Shown one piece after another: positions 58,003 through 64,000 of a stretch of 64,000 bases of DNA. How positions within the stretch are numbered: position 1 is the first letter of the stretch; the number at the start of each line of letters is the position of its first letter. The notes under the pieces are model-generated. The model ran no database searches. It was given only the letters and a program-made list of their open reading frames with translations, and had not been told where the DNA came from. Source of the stretch: Lysobacterales bacterium (GTDB lineage: Bacteria; Pseudomonadota; Gammaproteobacteria; Xanthomonadales; SZUA-5); the NCBI GenBank assembly GCA_019187485.1, contig JABAQR010000020.1, positions 1,223-65,222 on the forward strand. The letters are read 5' to 3'. The translations under genes and the position numbers were made by a program.

Positions 58003-61000
58003 GTGAAAGCGGCGCGGCGCCGCGTGCAGCGGATCCGCCGCTGGCTGAACGCCGCGGTGGCGGGTCTGCTGGTCGGTGCCGCAACGTTGATCGCCCTGGG
58101 GCGTTTGCTGGTGCCCTGGCTGGTGGATTCGCCGGAAGCGGTAGCAACCTGGCTGGGCGAGCGTATCGGCCGCAGCGTCGAACTCGATGCGGTGTCCGCG
58201 TACTGGGAGGGTTCGGGTCCGGTGCTCGACCTGAGCGGGCTGCGGATTTCTGCTGCCTCCGGCGAGGCGGCCGCCATCCGCCTCGGGCGTGCACGCGTGC
58301 ACACCGATGTGTACGCCTGGTTCCTGCCGGGCCGTCATCCGATCCGCGATTTTCTGCTGGTCGACGCCCGCGTCGACCTGGTGCGCGAGGTCGATGGCCG
58401 GATGACGCTGGAGGGATTCGGACGGAGCGTTCCCGGCGGGCAAGGGCTGACGTCCTGGCTGGGGCGCGTCGGCCATCTGGGGCTGAGTGGCGGCAAGCTC
58501 GGACTGCGTGATCGCGCCAGCGGGCGCAGCTTCGAGCTCGATGCGGTGGAACTGCGCCTGCGTCAGCAGGGCGATACGCTGACGGTGGGGCTGGAACGCC
58601 ACGCCGCCGACGATGCGGGCCGTCTGCGCGTGCTGTTGGAACTGACCGGGGAGGAACCCGTCGCGCCAGGCGCAGCACGCCTCTACCTGGAAGCCGAGCA
58701 TTTCCCGCTCGACGAGTTTGCCGCACTGGGCACCGCCTTCGGCATCGGCGTGCGCACCGGCGTGCTCGACGGCCGCCAGTGGCTGGATTGGAAGGATGGC
58801 CGGCTGGCGGGCTTGCAGGGCGACTGGCGGGTCGTCGACCTGGTGCTGTCGGCGCCTGCCTTCGGCTGGAGCGATGGCGGCCGGATCGCTCCGAACCTGC
58901 ACCTGCGGATGGGTCGGATGCAACTGCTCGGCGCCGCCGAACGCGACACCTTCGTCATCGACGGTCGGGCAGGCGACGGGTCTCGGGACGGCGCCTTCAG
59001 TCTTCGGCTTGCCGCGGGCCTGGATCTGGCTGCCGAGGCGATTCCGGTCGAACTGCTGGCCGGCGCCGCGCTGTTGATCGAGGATCTGCCCGAGGCAGCG
59101 CGCGCGCGCTTGTATGCCGCGCAGCCGCGCGGACTGGTCGAGCGCCTGCACGCGACGAAGGCAGGCGGCGAATGGCAGTTGCACGCGCGACTCGCCGGGC
59201 TGGAGGCGCGTCCCGCAGGTCCACACTGGCCGGAGATTGTCGGTCTCGACGCCGAGATCTCGGCCGATCGCCAGGCTGGCACCCTGCGGGTAGACGGCGA
59301 CGCCCTCGAGTTCGCCATTCCCGGGGTGTTCCGTGCGCCGATCCCGATCCATCGCCTCGACCTGCTCGCCGGTTGGCATGTCGGCGAGCGCGGCTGGGTG
59401 ATCGAGGCTCCGATGCTGAGCGTCGGCGGCGCGGAATGGGCGAGCGAGGTCGCGTTGCGCCTGGATCTGGACCCGCAAACCGGCCCGCAACTGACCGCCT
59501 CCGCACACGTCCCGGGGGCTCGGATCGAGGCCGCGAAGGCGTTCTGGCCGGTCAACACGATGCCACCGCGCACGCTCGACTGGCTGGACCGTGCGCTCGG
59601 TGAGGGCGGGGTCGATTGGGGACGGGTGCTTTTCCGGGGCGCCCTGCGCGACTGGCCCTTCGCGGCCGCGGAAGGTCGCTTCGAGGCGCGCTTCGCGGTC
59701 TCCGGTGCGGGCCTGGACTACCATCCCGACTGGCCTTCGGCCAGCGCGCTCGCGGCCGAAGTATCTTTCGTGAACTCGATGATGCAGGTCCACGATGCCC
59801 GCGGCATCCTCGTCGGCAACCGCGTCGTGCGCGCCCGCGGGGGCATCGCCAGCCTGAAGGATCCGGTACTGGAACTCGATCTCGGCGGTGTCGGCGATGC
59901 CGGCAACTGGTTGCAGTTCCTGAAGGCATCTCCGCTCCAGCGCAGTCATGCACAGGTGCTGTTCGGGATGGCGATGCGCGGCCTGGCGCGCGTGGACGCG
60001 CGCCTGACGATTCCGCTGCGCAAGGACCTTGGCGATACCCGCGTGGACGGCGAGGCCTTGCTGGACGGCGTCGAGTTCAGCGATGCCAAGTGGAAACTCG
60101 ATCTGACCGAGTTGCGCGGACGCGTCGACTTCACCCAGTCCGGCTTCGCCGCCGATCACCTGAGCCTGGCGCTGCAAGGCTGCCCCGCGGAACTCGCGAT
60201 TGCGGTCGGTTCCTTCAGCCCCGATCCCGATTTGCTGGTGACGGTCGGCGCGCACGGACGATTGCCGGCCTCCGCATTGTTCGGGCACCACGCCAACCTG
60301 GCCACAATCCTCGCGCAGACCCACGGGGCCGCCGATTGGGACATCGATGTCGAAGTGCGGCGCGGGATCGACGCGCAGGCTCCCGCGCGCACGCGGCTGA
60401 GGTACGCGAGCGACCTGAACGGTATCGGGATCGCTTTTCCAGCGCCAGTCGGCAAGTCCGCCGAGGTGGCGCGGCCGCTCGATCTGGAGGTGCAGATCTC
60501 CGCCGACGAGTCCATCGCGCCGGCGTTGCGCCTGCGACTCGGGTCGCAGGCTCGCTTGCTGGCCGAGCTCGGCGACCGCGGCCGAGACTTTCGCGGCCAA
60601 TTGCAGTTCGGCCCGGAGACCGAGCGCGACCTGCCGGCCCGCGGATTGCGGGTTGGCGGCAGCGCCGCCGAGCTCGATATCGCCGGCTGGGCCGGCTGGG
60701 TGCTCGCCACCGCCACCGGCGACCCGGCCCACGCGCTCCTCGCCGACATCGACCTGACTGTGGGCGGCGACCGCCTGCGTCTGGACCGCAGCGAAGGTCC
60801 CTGGGTGCTGCGCGTGGACGGGCCGGCCGCGATCGGGCAGGTGCGTTTCGAAGCCGGCGACACCCAGCGACCCTCGGCGGTGGTCGCGCAATTCGAGAAG
60901 CTGCATTTGCCTGAGCCCGGTTCCGGCGTTGGCGAGCTGTCGATTTCCCCGGCGCTGGTACCGACCCTGCATCTGTGGGCACGCGATCTGCGCATCGGCG

Positions 61001-61818
61001 GTGCCGGGCTCGGCGAGGCCCGGCTGGAGGCTTTCCCGAGCGCGGGCGGGTTGCGCATCGACCTGCTCGAAGCGCGCTCGCCGCACCTGGAGATCCACGC
61101 CAGCGGCGACTGGCGCAGCACCCGGGACGGACAGGAATCGCGGCTGCGCATTCGCATGCTGTCCGAGGATCTGGGCAGGATGCTCTCCGGCCTGGGGTAT
61201 GCCGGCCTGATCGCGGGTGGGCAAACTCTGGCCGAGATCGACGCCCACTGGCGCGGCGCCCCGCACGCCTTCGCGCTCGAGCGGTTGACCGGTTCGATCG
61301 ACGTCTCGATCGGCCAGGGACGCTTCCTCGACGTGGATCCGGGAGCGGGCCGCATTTTCGGGCTGCTGTCGCTGCGCGAGTTGCCGCGGCGACTGACCCT
61401 GGACTTCCGCGATCTGTTCCAGTCGGGCATGAGCTTCGACCGCATCGAAGGCCGCTTCCAGTTGGCCGACGGCAATGCCTGGACCGAGAACCTGACCGTG
61501 CGCGGGCCGGCGGCCGACATCCTGATCATCGGCCGCACGGGCCTGGCCTCGCGCGACTACGACCAGCAGGTCATGGTTTCGCCGCGGGTTTCCGGGATGC
61601 TGCCGATGATCGGGGTACTCGCTGGCGGGCCGGTGGGTGCCGCCGCCGGCTTCCTCGCGCAGGGCATGGTCGGTGGCGGCGAGGACATCGAACGCTCCTC
61701 GCGCGTCCACTACAGCGTCGCGGGATCCTGGGAGAAGCCGGTGGTCGCGCGGCTGTCGCCGATGCGTCCGGATGCCCCACCCCGTCGACGCACCGAGACA
61801 CCCGGTGGCGCTGGATGA
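58003..61818 (+). CDS. yhdP: YhdP/AsmA2-family large envelope protein (TIGR02099-like)
   Basis: About 1271 aa from GTG 58003. N-terminal TM segment AVAGLLVGAATLIALG and a repetitive beta-rich body. The C-terminal GRTGLASRDYDQQVMVSPRVSGMLPMIGVLAGGPVGAAAGF is typical of the family. Its position after rng matches E. coli. Confidence 0.8.
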   Translation: MKAARRRVQRIRRWLNAAVAGLLVGAATLIALGRLLVPWLVDSPEAVATWLGERIGRSVELDAVSAYWEGSGPVLDLSGLRISAASGEAAAIRLGRARVHTDVYAWFLPGRHPIRDFLLVDARVDLVREVDGRMTLEGFGRSVPGGQGLTSWLGRVGHLGLSGGKLGLRDRASGRSFELDAVELRLRQQGDTLTVGLERHAADDAGRLRVLLELTGEEPVAPGAARLYLEAEHFPLDEFAALGTAFGIGVRTGVLDGRQWLDWKDGRLAGLQGDWRVVDLVLSAPAFGWSDGGRIAPNLHLRMGRMQLLGAAERDTFVIDGRAGDGSRDGAFSLRLAAGLDLAAEAIPVELLAGAALLIEDLPEAARARLYAAQPRGLVERLHATKAGGEWQLHARLAGLEARPAGPHWPEIVGLDAEISADRQAGTLRVDGDALEFAIPGVFRAPIPIHRLDLLAGWHVGERGWVIEAPMLSVGGAEWASEVALRLDLDPQTGPQLTASAHVPGARIEAAKAFWPVNTMPPRTLDWLDRALGEGGVDWGRVLFRGALRDWPFAAAEGRFEARFAVSGAGLDYHPDWPSASALAAEVSFVNSMMQVHDARGILVGNRVVRARGGIASLKDPVLELDLGGVGDAGNWLQFLKASPLQRSHAQVLFGMAMRGLARVDARLTIPLRKDLGDTRVDGEALLDGVEFSDAKWKLDLTELRGRVDFTQSGFAADHLSLALQGCPAELAIAVGSFSPDPDLLVTVGAHGRLPASALFGHHANLATILAQTHGAADWDIDVEVRRGIDAQAPARTRLRYASDLNGIGIAFPAPVGKSAEVARPLDLEVQISADESIAPALRLRLGSQARLLAELGDRGRDFRGQLQFGPETERDLPARGLRVGGSAAELDIAGWAGWVLATATGDPAHALLADIDLTVGGDRLRLDRSEGPWVLRVDGPAAIGQVRFEAGDTQRPSAVVAQFEKLHLPEPGSGVGELSISPALVPTLHLWARDLRIGGAGLGEARLEAFPSAGGLRIDLLEARSPHLEIHASGDWRSTRDGQESRLRIRMLSEDLGRMLSGLGYAGLIAGGQTLAEIDAHWRGAPHAFALERLTGSIDVSIGQGRFLDVDPGAGRIFGLLSLRELPRRLTLDFRDLFQSGMSFDRIEGRFQLADGNAWTENLTVRGPAADILIIGRTGLASRDYDQQVMVSPRVSGMLPMIGVLAGGPVGAAAGFLAQGMVGGGEDIERSSRVHYSVAGSWEKPVVARLSPMRPDAPPRRRTETPGGAG

Positions 61819-61869
61819 GCGCGGCTCGGGATTGCTCGGCGGAACTGGAGTAAGCTCCGGGCCTCGCCG

Positions 61870-62685
61870 GTGCCGCTGTCCGAGATGATCGACCTGCACT
61901 GCCATCTGCTGCCGGGTATCGACGACGGCGCCAAGGACCTCGACACGGCCCTGGAAATGGCGCGCGTGGCGGTCGCCGATGGCATCCACACGATCGCCTG
62001 CACACCGCACATCTATCCCGGGCTGTACGAGAACGATGCCGCCGGGATCCGGCGTGCAATCGCCGCGCTGCGGCGCGAACTGGACGCCGCCGGCATCGCG
62101 CTCCAGCTCTGCGAGGGCGCCGATGTGCACCTGACGCCGGACCTGCTTGCGGGATTGCGCGCCGATCGCATTCCCTGTCTGAACCGCACGCGCTATCTGT
62201 TGCTGGAGCCGCCACACCACGTCGCACCGCCGCGCCTGGAAGAACAGGTGTTCAACCTGCAAGCAAACGGTTATGTGCCGCTGATCACCCATCCCGAGCG
62301 CTTGACCTGGATCGAGGACCACTACCCGATGTTCCTGCGCATGGCGCGTGCGGGCGCCTGGCTGCAGATCACCGCCGGCGCGCTGGTCGGCCGCTTCGGC
62401 AAGCGGCCGCGCTACTGGGCACAGAGGCTGCTGGACGAGGGGCCGGTGCACATCATCGCCAGCGACGCCCACAGTGTGCACCGGCGCCCCCCCCTGCTGG
62501 CCGAGGCCGAAGTGCAGGCAGCACAGCAGCTGGGAGCCGTCGAAGCGTCGGCAATGGTACGCGAGCGGCCTGCGGCGGTGCTGCAGAACCTCGCGCCGGA
62601 TCGCATTCCCGCACCGGTGCCACGGCCACAGCCGGCCTCCGTCGGTCCCTTTGCGTTTGTACGCAACTGGCTGCGTCGCGGATAA
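61870..62685 (+). CDS. PHP-family (CpsB/YwqE-type) protein-tyrosine phosphatase
   Basis: MIDLHCHLLPGIDDGA, TPHIY, THPER and IIASDAH metal-binding motifs. The start is ambiguous: GTG 61870 or ATG 61885. Confidence 0.8.
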   Translation: MPLSEMIDLHCHLLPGIDDGAKDLDTALEMARVAVADGIHTIACTPHIYPGLYENDAAGIRRAIAALRRELDAAGIALQLCEGADVHLTPDLLAGLRADRIPCLNRTRYLLLEPPHHVAPPRLEEQVFNLQANGYVPLITHPERLTWIEDHYPMFLRMARAGAWLQITAGALVGRFGKRPRYWAQRLLDEGPVHIIASDAHSVHRRPPLLAEAEVQAAQQLGAVEASAMVRERPAAVLQNLAPDRIPAPVPRPQPASVGPFAFVRNWLRRG

Positions 62686-62718
62686 TCACCGGCCCGGAAC
62701 GAAATGGAGAGGGCATCG

Positions 62719-63435
62719 ATGGTGCGTAGCGTGCTCCTGTGGCTGTCCGCCTTGTGCCTGCTGTCTGCCTGCGCCAGCGACACCATGCGCGACGTGCGCC
62801 AGGGACGCGCGCGGATGGTGACGACCACCGACACGCTCAAACCGCCCGACACCACCACGCCGACCGGTGCCTACGAAGGCGTTTCCGATTACCGCATCGG
62901 CCCCAACGACACCATTGAAGTCTCGGTGTACCAGATGGAAGAGCTCTCGCGCAGCGTGCGCGTCAGTTCGCGCGGCACGATCACGCTGCCGCTGCTGGGG
63001 GCGATCCAGGCCGCCGGCAAGACCGTGCCGGAACTGGAGGATGAGATCATCGCCAAGCTGGCGGCGGACTACCTGCAGGACCCGCAGGTGAGCCTGTACG
63101 TGCGCGAGTACACCAGCCAGAAGATCACCGTCGAAGGCGCCGTCGGTCGCCCGGGCATCTATCCGCTGAGCGGCAAGACCAGCCTGTTGCAGGCGATCGT
63201 GGTCGCCGGCGGCGTGACCGAATACGCCAATCCGCGCGGCATCATCATCTTCCGCATCATCGATGGACAGCGGATGGCGGCGGTGTTCGATTTGCGCGAG
63301 ATCCGCGGCGGCAACGCCGAGGACCCGCAGGTCTACGGCGACGACCTGGTCGTGGTCGATCAATCCGGACGCAAGTCCGCGTGGCGGTCGTTGCTCAACA
63401 CGATGCCGATCCTCGGCCTGTTCCGCATGTTCTGA
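62719..63435 (+). CDS. Polysaccharide export outer-membrane lipoprotein (Wza/GumB-like)
   Basis: GGAGAGG 6 nt upstream of ATG 62719 (alternative ATG at 62704). Lipobox LLSAC. Poly_export motifs YRIGPNDTIEVSVY and GTITLPLLG. SLBB-like ITVEGAVGRPGIYPL. Confidence 0.85.
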   Translation: MVRSVLLWLSALCLLSACASDTMRDVRQGRARMVTTTDTLKPPDTTTPTGAYEGVSDYRIGPNDTIEVSVYQMEELSRSVRVSSRGTITLPLLGAIQAAGKTVPELEDEIIAKLAADYLQDPQVSLYVREYTSQKITVEGAVGRPGIYPLSGKTSLLQAIVVAGGVTEYANPRGIIIFRIIDGQRMAAVFDLREIRGGNAEDPQVYGDDLVVVDQSGRKSAWRSLLNTMPILGLFRMF

Positions 63436-63459
63436 GCGGTACCCATTTCGGAGAATCCC

Positions 63460-64000
63460 ATGCAGGACATGGCTTCAGAACATCCCGCGGACAAGGGCGC
63501 CGGCCTGCCGACGCCGATCGGACCGCGCACCCAGCAACTGGCGCCGCTGGACCCGCGCATGCAGGCGCTGTCGACGCTCGTGCGCGGTGCCGACGCGGCC
63601 GCCGAGGAATCCGATTTCGACCTGCTGAAGTACTGGCACGTCATCGTCAAGCGCAAGTGGACCGTGCTCAGCATGTTCGTCATCGTGCTGCTGACCGGCA
63701 TCATGATGACGATGCTGCAGACGCCGATGTACCGGGCGACAGCGACGATCCAGATCGAGCGCGACAATATTCGTACGGTCACCGTCCCGGGTGTGCAGCC
63801 GCTGGACTCCGGCCTCGATTACGAGTTCTACGAGACCCAGTTCGAACTGCTGCGCAGCCGTTCGATGGCCGAGAAGGTGGCCGCCGGGCTGGACCCGGAC
63901 GATCCGGTGTTCGCGGTCATGAGCGCTCCGTCGCCGCTCGGCAAACTGATCCAGATGGTGTTGGGATTCGACGGCGACGCGGAAGCAAAGGCCGATCCCG
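63460..64000 (+). CDS. Polysaccharide chain-length determinant / Wzc-like protein, 3'-truncated by the window edge
   Basis: My own translation from ATG 63460 (GGAGA 6 nt upstream). The frame is open to the window end. Wzz-type N-terminus DLLKYWHVIVKRKWTVLSMFVIVLLTGIMMTMLQTPMYRATATIQIER and YETQFELLRSRSMAEKV. This ORF is not in the supplied track because it has no stop. Confidence 0.8.
   Translation, partial: MQDMASEHPADKGAGLPTPIGPRTQQLAPLDPRMQALSTLVRGADAAAEESDFDLLKYWHVIVKRKWTVLSMFVIVLLTGIMMTMLQTPMYRATATIQIERDNIRTVTVPGVQPLDSGLDYEFYETQFELLRSRSMAEKVAAGLDPDDPVFAVMSAPSPLGKLIQMVLGFDGDAEAKADP

Noticed and set aside
57886-62481. 1531-aa minus-strand ORF opposite rng/yhdP/PHP phosphatase
   Set aside because: Same reasoning. 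Its composition is dominated by R/A/G/P/Q, it crosses three well-supported plus-strand genes, and it has no domain signature.

Overview
GC-rich chromosomal segment. Gene content and order suggest a gammaproteobacterium of Xanthomonadales/Lysobacterales type; that assignment is inference. I call about 50 protein-coding genes, one RNase P RNA gene (rnpB), one flavoprotein gene remnant, several inverted or tandem repeats, and a few tentative promoters and terminators.

Layout:
- 1-10.4 kb: ompR/envZ, yjgA, a putative five-gene operon (membrane protein, XRE regulator, TAP-type hydrolase, ABC-2 transporter) and a TonB-dependent receptor.
- 10.4-29.3 kb: accessory-looking stretch. It holds a BNR/Asp-box propeller protein, a flavoprotein relic, a PhyH dioxygenase and a membrane-anchored serine hydrolase. 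It also holds an M23+SH3b peptidase overlapping a HEAT-repeat membrane protein, a Cys-rich secreted orphan, a ToxR-like wHTH-TPR regulator, DUF1428, a DUF1704/QEGLA protein and rnpB. A carbamoyltransferase, an FNR-like regulator with an orphan receiver, and a TPR lipoprotein complete it.
- 29.4-52.9 kb: a block syntenic with the Pseudomonas aeruginosa pyrC'-pyrB-pyrR-ruvX-yqgE-tonB3-gshB-pilGHIJ-chpABC region. Here it is interrupted by a DUF1800/DUF1501 pair and lacks pilK.
- 52.9-64 kb: holA-nadD-rsfS-rlmH-maf-rng-yhdP, then the start of an exopolysaccharide export locus (PHP phosphatase, Wza-like, Wzc-like; the last runs off the window).

I found no CRISPR array, tRNA, rRNA, transposase or integrase.

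Candidates I rate highest for follow-up:
1. A 757-aa ChpB-type methylesterase carrying a pseudo-receiver and eight [DE]LDxLF motifs.
2. The M23-SH3b peptidase / HEAT protein / Cys-rich orphan neighbourhood.
3. An 8-mer-array inverted repeat in the pyrR-pyrB leader.
4. A perfect 18-bp x7 in-frame repeat in chpA.

All functional calls rest on motif recognition by eye. No database searches were run.
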